A stretch of 64,000 bases of DNA from Bariatricus sp. (GCA_051880095.1 JBJENH010000106.1:85760-149759); one strand, 5' to 3'; shown: positions 1 to 9,963, counted from the stretch's first letter. Numbers and translations are program-made. Notes: generated from the sequence alone by a model not told the origin.

Positions 1-1
1 A

Positions 2-955
2 GGTGTTAACTTTACTGTAGAAGAAGGAGAAACTCTTGCAATAGTAGGAGAATCCGGGTGTGGAAAAACAGTAACAGCCAAGACGATCATGGGACTGATC
101 CAGTCACCTGGTATAGTGAAAGAAGGCAGTGAAATTATTTATGCGGGTAAGAATCTGATAGGGCAGTCCGAAAAAGAATGGGAATCTTATCGTGGTGGAG
201 AATGTGCCATGATTTTTCAGGATGCTTTGGCAGCTTTGAATCCAACCATGTCCGTTGGAAAGCAGATAGCAGAAAATCTTATCATACATAAAAAAATGAA
301 TAAAAAGGATGCGATGAAAAAAGCGGTTGAAATTCTTGGAAAAGTTGGAATCCCAGAGCCTGAAAAGAGAATAAAGCAGTATCCGCATGAATTTTCGGGA
401 GGTATGAGACAACGAGTTATGATAGCAATTGCTCTCGCATGCAGTCCTAAACTGTTAATTGCAGATGAACCAACCACTGCGTTAGATGTGACAATACAGG
501 CACAAATTTTGGAATTGTTGAAAGAATTGCAAAAAGAACTAAAAACATCTATAATATTAATTACGCATGATTTAGGGGTCGTAGCAGATATGGCAGACCA
601 TATTGCTGTAATGTATTCTGGGAAAATTGTTGAAAAGGGACGTGGACGAGATATTTTTTATCATCCGAGACATCCATATACATGGAGTCTTCTAAATGCG
701 GTTCCAAGGCTAGATGGAGATCGAAAGAAGAATCTAGTATCTATTGAGGGCACTCCACCAGATCTTCTTCTTCCGATTAAAGGATGTGCATTTGCAGATA
801 GATGTCCGTACTGTATGAATATCTGTACAAGACAGGAGCCACCGGTATTTCAGTTTGATGGAGATCATAAGGCATCTTGTTGGTTACATCATGAAAAAGT
901 AAATAAAGATTGTCCATTTGAGACGGGAGGCGCATTATGTGTGGAAAAAGTATAA
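2..955 (+). CDS. oppD: Oligopeptide/dipeptide ABC transporter ATP-binding protein (5' end lies before the window)
   Basis: Frame is open from base 2 and includes Walker A GESGCGKT upstream of the track start (89); signature FSGGMRQR, Walker B LLIADEPTTALD and C-terminal GCxFxxRC motif. Confidence 0.92.
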   Translation, partial: GVNFTVEEGETLAIVGESGCGKTVTAKTIMGLIQSPGIVKEGSEIIYAGKNLIGQSEKEWESYRGGECAMIFQDALAALNPTMSVGKQIAENLIIHKKMNKKDAMKKAVEILGKVGIPEPEKRIKQYPHEFSGGMRQRVMIAIALACSPKLLIADEPTTALDVTIQAQILELLKELQKELKTSIILITHDLGVVADMADHIAVMYSGKIVEKGRGRDIFYHPRHPYTWSLLNAVPRLDGDRKKNLVSIEGTPPDLLLPIKGCAFADRCPYCMNICTRQEPPVFQFDGDHKASCWLHHEKVNKDCPFETGGALCVEKV

Positions 956-1923
956 AAATGGAACCAGTCCTTAAAGTATCCCATTTGAAAAAATATTTTC
1001 CTATGGGGAATAATCAGATATTGAAAGCAGTTGATGATGTTTCGTTCGAAATATATCAGGGAAAAACCCTTGGGCTGGTAGGGGAGTCAGGATGTGGAAA
1101 AACAACCTGTGGGCGAACCTGTACAGGTTTATATTCCCGTACCGGAGGACAAGTGTTATTTAAAGGACAGGATGTCCATGAGATGCGTGGGAAAGAAAGG
1201 AAAGATTTTACCAAAAAAGTACAAACAATTTTTCAGGATCCATATGCTTCTCTGGATCCACGCATGAAAGTAAATGACATTATAGCAGAAGGTATACGTA
1301 TTCATCATATAGCTTCCAAAAAAGAAGAACGAGAAATGGTACAGGAATTGTTAAGACAAGTAGGACTTCAAAGTGAGCATGCAAACAGATACATTCATGA
1401 ATTTTCTGGCGGACAGCGTCAAAGAATTGGAATTGCAAGAGCATTGGCAATTCATCCGGAATTTCTGGTATGTGATGAACCTATTTCTGCACTTGATGTT
1501 TCTATTCAGGCACAGATTGTAAATTTACTTCGGGAAATGCAGGATAAAATGGGGCTTACATATTTATTTGTAGCACACGATCTTTCTATGGTGAGACATA
1601 TTTCAGATCAGGTTGCTGTAATGTATCTGGGTAAAATTGTAGAATTAACATCTTCAGATGAATTATACTCACATCCTGTCCATCCATATACACAGGCGCT
1701 TTTGTCTGCAATTCCGATACCTGATCCTGATGTAGAAGCAACACGAGAACGTATTGTTTTAAAAGGCGATGTGCCTAGTCCGATTTCGCCCCCAAAAGGA
1801 TGCCGTTTCCGGGGAAGATGCAAGTATGCAACTGCCAAATGCGGGGAAATCGAACCTGAGATGAAACAGATTGGAACGGGTCATTTTGTGGCCTGCCATT
1901 TGTATAACAAGGAGGATGCATAA
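937..1923 (+). CDS. oppF: Oligopeptide ABC transporter ATP-binding protein
   Basis: GESGCGKTT, FSGGQRQRIGIARAL, LVCDEPISALD, C-terminal GCRFRGRC; SD GGGAGG at 925-930. Confidence 0.92.
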   Translation: MCGKSIKMEPVLKVSHLKKYFPMGNNQILKAVDDVSFEIYQGKTLGLVGESGCGKTTCGRTCTGLYSRTGGQVLFKGQDVHEMRGKERKDFTKKVQTIFQDPYASLDPRMKVNDIIAEGIRIHHIASKKEEREMVQELLRQVGLQSEHANRYIHEFSGGQRQRIGIARALAIHPEFLVCDEPISALDVSIQAQIVNLLREMQDKMGLTYLFVAHDLSMVRHISDQVAVMYLGKIVELTSSDELYSHPVHPYTQALLSAIPIPDPDVEATRERIVLKGDVPSPISPPKGCRFRGRCKYATAKCGEIEPEMKQIGTGHFVACHLYNKEDA

Positions 1924-1925
1924 AA

Positions 1926-3140
1926 ATGAAGTATGATTTTACAACAATTATGGACCGTTTAGGAAAGGATGCCATAGCAGTTGATGTGCCGGAGAAATCC
2001 CCGGCATTCGGACCTCGTGACGAGGAATTTGATTTTATTCCGATGTGGGTAGCGGATATGAATTTCGCAACAGTCCCGACTGTGCAGGAGGCAATCAGCG
2101 AACGTCTTGCACATCCGGCTTTCGGATATTTCGGGACTCGAGATGAGTACTATCAGGCGATCATCAACTGGCAGGAGACACGGAACCATGTCACTGGTCT
2201 CACGAAAGAATGTATCGGATACGAGAATGGTGTACTTGGCGGACTTGTCTCAGCGTTAAATGCATTTGCAGCTCCGGGAGACAGTGTATTGGTACACAGC
2301 CCGACCTATATTGGCTTCACCGGAAGTATTACGAATGCCGGATACAAGATCGTTCTCAGCGAGCTCAAGCGAGATGCAGAAGGAATCTGGCGAATGGACT
2401 ATGACGACATGGATGAGAAGATCAAGAAGAATAAGATCCACGTTGCGGTCTTCTGTAATCCGCATAATCCGACCGGAAGAGTATGGGAGCGAGAAGAGCT
2501 GGAAAAAGCAATGGAAGTATACCGGAAGAATGACTGTATCGTGATTTCAGATGAAATCTGGTCCGATATCATTTTAAATGGAAATCACCATACTCCGCTG
2601 CAGTCGGTCAGTGAGGACGCAAGAAATCGTACAATGGCACTTTACGCGCCGAGCAAGACATTTAATCTTGCGGGACTGATCGGAAGCTACCATATTATTT
2701 ATAATTCCTATCTGCGTGACCGCGTACGCGCCTGCAGCAGTAAGTCCCATTACAATTCCATGAATGTATTGTCCATGTATGCTCTGATGGGAGCTTACAG
2801 ACCGGAAGGCATGGAATGGGTGGAAGAACTGCGGGAAGTATTGTCTGGAAATGTGAATTTCGCATATGATTATATTCTGGAACATTTCGATGGCGTGACG
2901 TTAAGCAAGCCGCAGGGGACTTATATGTTGTTCCTGGATTGTACCGAATGGTGTGAGAAGCATGGCAAGACGATCGATGAACTTCTGAAGGCAGGGTATC
3001 GTGTAGGCGTCGGTTGGCAGGATGGAAGACCGTTCCATGGGGAACATTCAATCCGAATGAACCTGGCGCTTCCGTTTACAAGGGTGCAGGAGGCGTTTGA
3101 ACGACTGGATAAATATGTTTTTAATGATGAGGAGAAATAA
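1926..3140 (+). CDS. MalY/PatB-family PLP-dependent C-S lyase/aminotransferase
   Basis: [25 protein letters not shown] and [10 protein letters not shown] (PLP lysine) motifs. Confidence 0.9.
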   Translation: MKYDFTTIMDRLGKDAIAVDVPEKSPAFGPRDEEFDFIPMWVADMNFATVPTVQEAISERLAHPAFGYFGTRDEYYQAIINWQETRNHVTGLTKECIGYENGVLGGLVSALNAFAAPGDSVLVHSPTYIGFTGSITNAGYKIVLSELKRDAEGIWRMDYDDMDEKIKKNKIHVAVFCNPHNPTGRVWEREELEKAMEVYRKNDCIVISDEIWSDIILNGNHHTPLQSVSEDARNRTMALYAPSKTFNLAGLIGSYHIIYNSYLRDRVRACSSKSHYNSMNVLSMYALMGAYRPEGMEWVEELREVLSGNVNFAYDYILEHFDGVTLSKPQGTYMLFLDCTEWCEKHGKTIDELLKAGYRVGVGWQDGRPFHGEHSIRMNLALPFTRVQEAFERLDKYVFNDEEK

Positions 3141-3142
3141 AG

Positions 3143-4300
3143 ATGAGTGAAGTATATGATTTGCCGGCAAATTTTGATGAGTTTGTTGATGCGCGTAAAC
3201 AGGGATTCCTTCGTGTAAAAGATTTCGTGGAAAATGGTGGACATCTGGTAGGATTTTTGTGTTCTTATACACCGCTTGAAGTCATTGATGCGGCAGGAGT
3301 AGCCAGTGTGGCACTTTGTGGGATGAGTAATGAAACGGTGGCTGATGCAGAGAAAGTTCTGCCAAAGAATCTGTGTCCGCTGATTAAAGGAACATATGGT
3401 TTCGCATACACGCAAAAATGTCCGTATACATATTTCGCAGACATGATCATTGGAGAGACAACCTGTGACGGTAAGAAGAAAATGTATGAACTTTTAAATG
3501 ATCTGAAAGAAACCTATGTGCTTCATTTACCGCAGAGCCAGGAACGCAGTTATGCCGGTGATATCTGGTACGAAGAAGTGAAGCTTCTGAAAGAAAAACT
3601 GGAGGAGAAATATAATGTAGAAATTACAGATGAAAAACTGCGTGAGGCAGCTCATCTCCGAAATGAAATCAGGAAAGTGCAGAAAGAGCTTGCCGAACTC
3701 CAGCTTGCCGAACCGCCTATGATCAAATCGACAGAAGCGATGCTTGCAATGCAGCAGGGAACCTTTACGTTTGATGTACACCAGCAGCTTGCTAACTTTA
3801 AGGCAAAAGTGGAGAAAGCAAAAACAGCATATGCAAACGGAGAGCGTCCGGTGGATATCACAGCGAAGCGAATTCTTCTGACAGGATGTCCGTCAGCCGG
3901 TGTGATCCGGAAAGTAGGAATGGTGATTGAGAATAATGGTGGAGTCATTGTGTGCCAGGATGACTGCGGCGGCGAGAGAACACAGTCTCTTCTGGTCGAT
4001 GAAGAAGCAGATGATATCTTAAGAGCAATCTCCGACCGTTATCTGCAGATTAACTGCTCTGTTATGACCACGAATAACGGACGTCTGGAGCATATGAAGA
4101 AGATGATTGAAAAATATAAAGTGGATGGTGTGATCGATGTTGTTCTTCATGCCTGTCATACGTTCAATGTGGAAGCGGCCAGAGTAGCTGCCATGCTGGA
4201 AGAAGAAGGTGTTCCGTATATGAAGATTGAGACGGATTATTCTGAATCAGACAGTGGACAGATTGAGACGAGGATCGCGGCATTTATTGAGATGCTGTAA
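3143..4300 (+). CDS. 2-hydroxyacyl-CoA dehydratase D-family (double-cubane Fe-S reductase-like) protein
   Basis: [33 protein letters not shown] cysteine motifs typical of the HgdD family. Confidence 0.8.
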   Translation: MSEVYDLPANFDEFVDARKQGFLRVKDFVENGGHLVGFLCSYTPLEVIDAAGVASVALCGMSNETVADAEKVLPKNLCPLIKGTYGFAYTQKCPYTYFADMIIGETTCDGKKKMYELLNDLKETYVLHLPQSQERSYAGDIWYEEVKLLKEKLEEKYNVEITDEKLREAAHLRNEIRKVQKELAELQLAEPPMIKSTEAMLAMQQGTFTFDVHQQLANFKAKVEKAKTAYANGERPVDITAKRILLTGCPSAGVIRKVGMVIENNGGVIVCQDDCGGERTQSLLVDEEADDILRAISDRYLQINCSVMTTNNGRLEHMKKMIEKYKVDGVIDVVLHACHTFNVEAARVAAMLEEEGVPYMKIETDYSESDSGQIETRIAAFIEML

Positions 4301-4399
4301 AAGGAAAATCCGATTGTTTTTCCCCATTCCGCATGGTATAATTTTCTGACAGAAAAGGAAACTTTTCAGACTTTTGATGATAACGATAAAGGAGAATGT

Positions 4400-5575
4400 A
4401 TGGAAAATTTTACATTTTATGCACCAACGTATTTTGCGTTTGGCAAAGACACGGAAAATGAAACGGGAAAATATGTAAAACGTTTCGGGGGAACAAAAGT
4501 ATTGATTCACTACGGCGGCGGTTCCGTCATCCGTTCAGGTCTGCTTGAGCGCGTGAAGAAATCATTGGAAGAAGAGCAGCTTGGTTATGTAGAACTTGGC
4601 GGTGTAAAGCCGAATCCGAGAAGTGGACTCGTATATGAAGGAATCGAACTCTGCCGGAAGGAAGGAGTGGATTTTATTCTTGCCGTGGGCGGTGGAAGTA
4701 CGATTGATTCTGCCAAAGCGATCGCGGCAGGAGTTCCATATGCCGGTGATTTCTGGGACTATTATCAGGGCGGTATTGTAAATGAAGCAGTGCCGATCGG
4801 CACGGTGATCACGATCTCGGCGGCCGGAAGTGAAGGATCTGCGGATTCTGTTATCACGAAAGAAGAGGGAATGTATAAGCGCGCAACGACGGGTGAAGCG
4901 CTGAGACCGAAATTTACGATTATGAATCCTGCTTTGACCCAGACACTGCCGGCCTTCCAGACGGCATGCGGAATTACGGATATTATGGCACATTTGTACG
5001 AGCGTTATATGACGAATACAAAGGAAGTAGAATGCACAGACCGGATGATCGAAGCTCTGCTTCTGACGATGATCCATGAGGGACCGAGAGTGATCGAAGA
5101 TCCGGATAATTATGATGCACGTGCCAATATTATGTGGGCAGGAATGATGGCCCATAATAATTCCTGCGGTGTGGGAAGAAGTCAGGACTGGACGAGCCAC
5201 TGCATTGAGCATGAGCTTTCGGCGATGTATGACTGCGCACATGGTGCAGGGCTTGCCGTGGTTATGCCGGCTGTCTTTACTTATAATCTTCACCATGATG
5301 TCATGCGTTTTGCGCAGATTGCAGTGAGAGTATGGGGATGTCAGATGGATTTCCAGAATCCGGAGAGAACGGCAAAAGAAGGAATCGAAGCTCTCAGAAA
5401 ATTTCTGATTTCAATTGGTATGCCGAAGAACTTTGAAGAACTCGGAGCAAAAGAAGAAGATATTGAGAAGCTTGCATATACCTGTTGCTATGGGGATGTG
5501 GAAAACGGAACGACCGGTGGTTTTGTTACGCTGAATCAGCAGGATGTGGAAAATATTTATCGCCTGATGCTGTAA
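4400..5575 (+). CDS. Iron-containing alcohol dehydrogenase (butanol dehydrogenase-like)
   Basis: GGGSTIDSAK, AAGSE, DIMAH, HCIEHELS, HGAGLA metal-binding motifs. Confidence 0.9.
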   Translation: MENFTFYAPTYFAFGKDTENETGKYVKRFGGTKVLIHYGGGSVIRSGLLERVKKSLEEEQLGYVELGGVKPNPRSGLVYEGIELCRKEGVDFILAVGGGSTIDSAKAIAAGVPYAGDFWDYYQGGIVNEAVPIGTVITISAAGSEGSADSVITKEEGMYKRATTGEALRPKFTIMNPALTQTLPAFQTACGITDIMAHLYERYMTNTKEVECTDRMIEALLLTMIHEGPRVIEDPDNYDARANIMWAGMMAHNNSCGVGRSQDWTSHCIEHELSAMYDCAHGAGLAVVMPAVFTYNLHHDVMRFAQIAVRVWGCQMDFQNPERTAKEGIEALRKFLISIGMPKNFEELGAKEEDIEKLAYTCCYGDVENGTTGGFVTLNQQDVENIYRLML

Positions 5576-5651
5576 AAAATGAGGGACTATAGAACTGATT
5601 TATATGGTATTATAATGTGTTGGAATGTTTATACATTTACAAAGTTACATG

Positions 5652-5680
5652 TTTACAATGTGCTTAATGGGTGGTATATT
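5652..5680 (+). promoter_or_regulatory. Sigma70-type promoter of putative antitoxin RNA
   Basis: TTTACA-17 nt-TATATT with TGn extension. Confidence 0.65.
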
Positions 5681-5686
5681 ATAGAT

Positions 5687-5780
5687 ATAAATAAGGCACT
5701 ACTGATAGTTGGTTAGTCCAAATTTAATAAGTTACAAAAAAGTAACCGTAATCCTTTGGTCCAGGGGCGGTTACTTTTTT
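5687..5780 (+). ncRNA. Putative type I antitoxin antisense RNA
   Basis: Lies between the promoter at 5652-5680 and the bidirectional hairpin AAAAAAGTAACCG...CGGTTACTTTTTT (5736-5780); convergent with and overlapping the 3' end of the small hydrophobic ORF. Confidence 0.6.
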
Positions 5781-5863
5781 GATTGATTTATATACGCTAT
5801 CAGAATCGATACAATAATACTAAGTATCATTAGTACGATGGAGAGCATTTCAAAATCACTCAT
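5771..5863 (-). CDS. 30-aa hydrophobic peptide, putative type I (holin-like) toxin MSDFEMLSIVLMILSIIVSILIAYINQSKK
   Basis: Not in the ORF track; SD GAAAGGAGGG upstream; single TM segment and KK tail; own promoter TTGCCA-17-TGaTACAAT at 6007-5979. Confidence 0.75.
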   Translation of the reverse strand: MSDFEMLSIVLMILSIIVSILIAYINQSKK

Positions 5864-6054
5864 AAGTCAGGCCCTCCTTTCCCAGATTTCCTGCAAGCAA
5901 GATTTCTATGTAATCAGAGGGTTCAGTCCCTCTGTTGAAGGACTAACCGCCTACCATTCTCATGTAGTGCCTTGTCTAATTGTATCAAAGGCATTGTCTT
6001 GTGGCAAGGTAAAAAATTTTAGCTGTAAAAATTTGAGCAGACGTACAAATAGCG

Positions 6055-6253
6055 AAAACCCGCCAACCTTTCGGCTGACGGGTTTCGTTGTTTTTATAGT
6101 TATCTAAAGGAATGAGAGTAAAGTGCGGCAATCGGGTTTCCCCGATTGCGCTACTTTATGAGGGGGGAGATAGTTGTGTTATCAACTATCTGACACTTAG
6201 TATACCCTGAAATTATGTCCAAAATGTGATGAGACCATAAAAGAAATCGAAAA
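6055..6253 (-). ncRNA. Structured repeat copy 1, putative small RNA with terminator
   Basis: 6093-6253 is similar to 8251-8410; hairpins GATAGTTG/CAACTATC and GCAATCGGG/CCCGATTGC; terminator hairpin at 6055-6085. Confidence 0.55.
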
Positions 6254-6348
6254 AATATAAAAAACTTCTTAAGAAAGCTACAAAAAATGTCTTAATTATA
6301 CTCCGCTGTGATAAGATAAAGGCAAATAGCGATGTGGAGGTGCTGCAT

Positions 6349-8199
6349 ATGAGGATTACCAATCTTCGGATCAAAAATTTCAAATCTATCCGTAATATGT
6401 ACATCAAAGAGATTGAAAATGCATTAATTCTGGTGGGAAAGAATAATACCGGGAAGACAGCAGTGCTGGAAGCCGTCTGTGCGGTGGGCGGAACCTATCA
6501 GATCTGTACGGAAGATTTTCAGGAAGACTTCCCGAATATTGAAATTTTTATGACGCTTGAGATAACAGAGGAAGATCTGCATGTACTTCATCAGAACGGA
6601 ATTGTAAGTCAGTACAGAAGATATGATATCTGGTTTCAGGATTTCTGCAAAAAACTGCCTTCTTTTCAAAATGGTGAACTAAGCTTTGAGTTTGTAGCCA
6701 ATCGAGAGGGAAAGACACGTTATAGCGACGGTGTGAAAAAGAATAACTCTTATATTTTACAGGTGTTTCCGAGAATTTATCACGTAGACGCACAGAGAAA
6801 TCTTACGCAGCTTCAGGATGATATTCTCCTTCTTCAGGAGGATGAACTGCTTAAGAAAATGCGTGCGGATTGTTGTATGTTTGACCGTGCCAAGAAGTGT
6901 ACGCATTGCTTTTCGTGCATCGGACTGATCAATCAGAAAACGCCGGAAGAAATGAATGCGTTTGAGGCAGCCAAGCTCCTGGATTATAAGCTTTATCAAC
7001 TGAATCTGGATGCGTTTGCAAGAAAAGTGAATCGGAATTTCCGCAAAAACGGCGGGCAGGCGGAGATCATTTATTCTATGAATCGTGACGTGGAACGTAT
7101 GCTCCAGGTGACTGCCGAGATTCAGGGGAAAACAAAGAATGAAACACGTCCGGCGGAACACATGGGCAAAGGGATGAGAAGTATTTACATGCTTTCCCTT
7201 TTAGAAACAGGACTGGATGATGATAATGCGCTCCCATGCATTGTGATCGTGGAGACGCCGGAAATCTTCCTGCATCCACAGCTCCAGAAAGTAAGCGGAG
7301 ATATATTGTATCGACTGGCAAAACAAAGGCAGGTCATGTTTTCCACACATTCGCCGAATCTGCTTCCCAATTTCAACAATCGTCAGATCCGCCAGATTGT
7401 AGAGGATGCGGATGGATTTTCACAGGTAAAAGAGAAAACAGACATCAGTGCGGTGCTGAATGATCTGGGATACTCGGCAAATGATTTGATGAATGTGGAT
7501 TTTGTATTTATCGTGGAAGGGAAGCAGGACAAAAGCCGTCTGCCGCTTCTTCTCAGAAAATACTATTCTGAGATATATGATGAACAGGGCAAACTGTCCC
7601 GAGTCGCAATTATTACAACGAACAGTTGCACGAATATCAAGACGTATGCGAATTTAAAATATATGAATCAAATTTATCTAAAAGACGCATTTCTGATGAT
7701 CCGTGACGGAGACAGCAAGGACAGTGAAAAGCTGAAACGCAGTTTGTGCCGTTATTATGAAGAACGGAATCTGGAGGATGCAGACGGACTGCCGCGCGTG
7801 ACAGAGAAAAATGTACTGATTTTGAAGTATTACTCTTTTGAAAATTATTTCTTTAATCCCTGTATTATGGCGAAGATCGGGATTGTTGATTCGGAAGAAG
7901 CATTTTATGAAGCGTTCCTCGCAAAATGGAAGGAATATTTGTATCGCCTTTCCAGCGGCAAGAAGCTTCAGGAGATAATCGGGCATGATCTTACATGCGT
8001 ACAGGATGTGAAAGAGCATATGGAAGAGATACGGATCCATATGCGGGGACACAACCTCTACGATATTTTCTATGGAAGGTACAAGGATCAGGAGGAAGAA
8101 ATCCTTGGAAAATATATCGATCTGGCACCAAGAGAGGATTTTGAAGACATTCTTGACGCGATAGACCGATTTATCTATTTTGAAAATCGAAAATGTTAA
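6349..8199 (+). CDS. OLD-family ATP-dependent nuclease-like protein (AAA_15-type ATPase plus TOPRIM)
   Basis: Walker A GKNNTGKT, signature GKGMRS, ETPEIFLHP, STHSP; TOPRIM IVEGKQD and IRDGD; SD GGAGG before ATG 6349. Confidence 0.8.
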   Translation: MRITNLRIKNFKSIRNMYIKEIENALILVGKNNTGKTAVLEAVCAVGGTYQICTEDFQEDFPNIEIFMTLEITEEDLHVLHQNGIVSQYRRYDIWFQDFCKKLPSFQNGELSFEFVANREGKTRYSDGVKKNNSYILQVFPRIYHVDAQRNLTQLQDDILLLQEDELLKKMRADCCMFDRAKKCTHCFSCIGLINQKTPEEMNAFEAAKLLDYKLYQLNLDAFARKVNRNFRKNGGQAEIIYSMNRDVERMLQVTAEIQGKTKNETRPAEHMGKGMRSIYMLSLLETGLDDDNALPCIVIVETPEIFLHPQLQKVSGDILYRLAKQRQVMFSTHSPNLLPNFNNRQIRQIVEDADGFSQVKEKTDISAVLNDLGYSANDLMNVDFVFIVEGKQDKSRLPLLLRKYYSEIYDEQGKLSRVAIITTNSCTNIKTYANLKYMNQIYLKDAFLMIRDGDSKDSEKLKRSLCRYYEERNLEDADGLPRVTEKNVLILKYYSFENYFFNPCIMAKIGIVDSEEAFYEAFLAKWKEYLYRLSSGKKLQEIIGHDLTCVQDVKEHMEEIRIHMRGHNLYDIFYGRYKDQEEEILGKYIDLAPREDFEDILDAIDRFIYFENRKC

Positions 8200-8213
8200 G
8201 ATTTTAAGTTGAT

Positions 8214-8410
8214 AAAGAAAATCCGCCAGTCATGGGGACTGGCGGATTTCTTTATCGTTATCTAAAGGAATGAGAGTAAAGTGTGGCAACCGGTCTCCCG
8301 ATTGCACTTACTTTATGAGGGGGGAGATAGTTGTCTTATCAACTATCTGACTCTAAGTATATACTGAAAATGTGTCCAAAGTATGAGTAGATTCTAAAAG
8401 AAATCGAAAA
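8214..8410 (-). ncRNA. Structured repeat copy 2, putative small RNA with bidirectional terminator
   Basis: Second copy of the 6093-6253 element; inverted repeat AAAGAAATCCGCCAGTC/GACTGGCGGATTTCTTT at 8214-8253 can also terminate the OLD gene. Confidence 0.55.
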
Positions 8411-8414
8411 TTTC

Positions 8415-8429
8415 TTAAATGAAAATTAA
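8415..8429 (+). repeat. attL core TTAAATGAAAATTAA
   Basis: Identical to 49285-49299; marks the host/phage boundary. Confidence 0.85.
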
Positions 8430-8551
8430 TTTTTCGGGATTTTGAAGAATCCTCGGTAATACGGAAAAAATAGCTTGAAACCCAGTAAAATCAAGCATTT
8501 CAAGTATTTATATCATTTCTTATTCACTCATGATAAAACGAGAATAATCAA

Positions 8552-8578
8552 AACGGTTAGTAACACGTTAGTAACAAA
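8552..8578 (+). repeat. Integrase arm-type site (left) AACGGTTAGTAACACGTTAGTAACAAA
   Basis: 26/27 identical to 49223-49249; tandem GTTAGTAAC units with 11-bp period; both copies lie inside the cores. Confidence 0.75.
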
Positions 8579-9712
8579 TCAACTTATCTTAATCTTTTCG
8601 ATTTCCTCCCGAAGATCGTCAAGATCGCGGTGGCCATACACACTGTTTGTAATATCTCCCTTAAACGCATGTCCAAGCATTCGCTTCCGGTCGTTCTCGT
8701 TTACCTTGTACTTTTCGCAGAGACGTGAGAACGTATGTCTGCAATCGTGAGGTGTGTGCTTTTCAACGCCAGCGCGGCTGAGTGCGTCATACATGGACGA
8801 TCTGAATGCATTGGTAGAAATATTCAAAAGCGAACCAGATCGCTTCATTCGGCGTTTTACGAGGTCGTATATTCCAGAATGAATTGGAACAATGCGATCC
8901 CTGCCGGCAGCAGTTTTTACACCGCCCTGGAAATACTTCTTCTTGAGATCTACCTTGATGGATTTGTATGCCCTGATTCTGAATCCTGAATAACACATGA
9001 TCAGAATCATTTCAATAACCTCATCATCTTTGTTGTCCCAGAGAATTTTCAGTTCTTCGTCCGAGAATGGCACTCCGTGCTCATCGTCTTCTTCCTTCTT
9101 GATCTGAAGATGCGCAGAATAATCTTTATCTGCCAGCTCATAGATCTCAGCGAAAGCATACATTTGATGAAACAGTGAAAGAATCAGCTCCAGAGAAGAG
9201 TGCTTCAGATCGCAATCATCCAGGACCTTCTGAAGATCGTCATGCCGAAGTTCTGCAAAGGTGCGTTCATGGATGGAAGAGCAGTTCTTGAATGCAGCTC
9301 TGGTGGAATAGAGCGTTGCTTCAGAGTACTTCTTCCCAGAATCCACATACTTGTAATTGTAGAAACGTTCGTACACCTCTGCGAAGGTCGGGAGATTCTC
9401 GGGCTGTGTTTCTGTATCCTTGCGGAACGCCTGGTTGTAATCTGCCAGAAGAGCATCCGGATTTCCTTTCAAGTGATTCAAGGTCCGCTCGAATCCCGGA
9501 TAGTATGTTCCAGCATGGTATGCAGTCAGCACGGAGAATCCTTTCATGTAATCGTCTACATAACAGATTGCTTTTACTGGTGCATACTGGCCAGGCGCGA
9601 TCAGCTCTGTGGCGGGCGGATACACTGCGAAGGGGTTCCGCCGGTTCCCGGAAAGTTTCTTGATACTGCCATAGCCGTTTGGGAGTTTGGGGTATTTCTT
9701 TGGTCTTGCCAT
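8579..9712 (-). CDS. int: Tyrosine integrase
   Basis: N-terminal KLPNGYGSI; catalytic GFRI, HDCRHTF, MLGH, SVYGH; start set at MARPKK after SD AAAGGAG. Confidence 0.95.
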   Translation of the reverse strand: MARPKKYPKLPNGYGSIKKLSGNRRNPFAVYPPATELIAPGQYAPVKAICYVDDYMKGFSVLTAYHAGTYYPGFERTLNHLKGNPDALLADYNQAFRKDTETQPENLPTFAEVYERFYNYKYVDSGKKYSEATLYSTRAAFKNCSSIHERTFAELRHDDLQKVLDDCDLKHSSLELILSLFHQMYAFAEIYELADKDYSAHLQIKKEEDDEHGVPFSDEELKILWDNKDDEVIEMILIMCYSGFRIRAYKSIKVDLKKKYFQGGVKTAAGRDRIVPIHSGIYDLVKRRMKRSGSLLNISTNAFRSSMYDALSRAGVEKHTPHDCRHTFSRLCEKYKVNENDRKRMLGHAFKGDITNSVYGHRDLDDLREEIEKIKIS

Positions 9713-9730
9713 GTTCATCATCTCCTTTTT

Positions 9731-9746
9731 TGTGCGACGTCGCACA
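9731..9746. promoter_or_regulatory. Perfect 16-bp palindrome TGTGCGACGTCGCACA just upstream of the int RBS
   Basis: Seen directly; identical copy at 46430-46445. Confidence 0.7.
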
Positions 9747-9790
9747 TTTTTGGTATAAAAATAACAGCCCGCGAAGAACATGAGTTCCGC

Positions 9791-9897
9791 TTGCGTGGCT
9801 GACCCGAAGATGATACAATATATTTGCTTAGAGAACTGTATATCTTCGGATATGTAGTTTATATGAACCGTTCCTGTTGGCGCAGGGGCGGTTTTTA
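9791..9897 (+). ncRNA. Promoter plus ~70-nt RNA antisense to the int leader
   Basis: TTGCGT-17-TGaTACAAT at 9791-9819; terminator AACCGTTCCTG/CAGGGGCGGTT plus T-run at 9866-9896, with G-U pairs on the + strand. Confidence 0.55.
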
Positions 9898-9963
9898 ATT
9901 TGCATGAATATTATTTAGTTGTTACCATGCGTCAGATTTGGTATGGAATAAGGAGCGCATGTA

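Noticed and set aside
5838-6107. 89-aa + strand ORF in the track
   Set aside because: No SD or family motif; it is the antisense shadow of the toxin leader and promoter
9713-9781. Longer integrase start given by the track (400 aa)
   Set aside because: The SD sits just before MMNMARPK; the extension crosses the palindrome and leader
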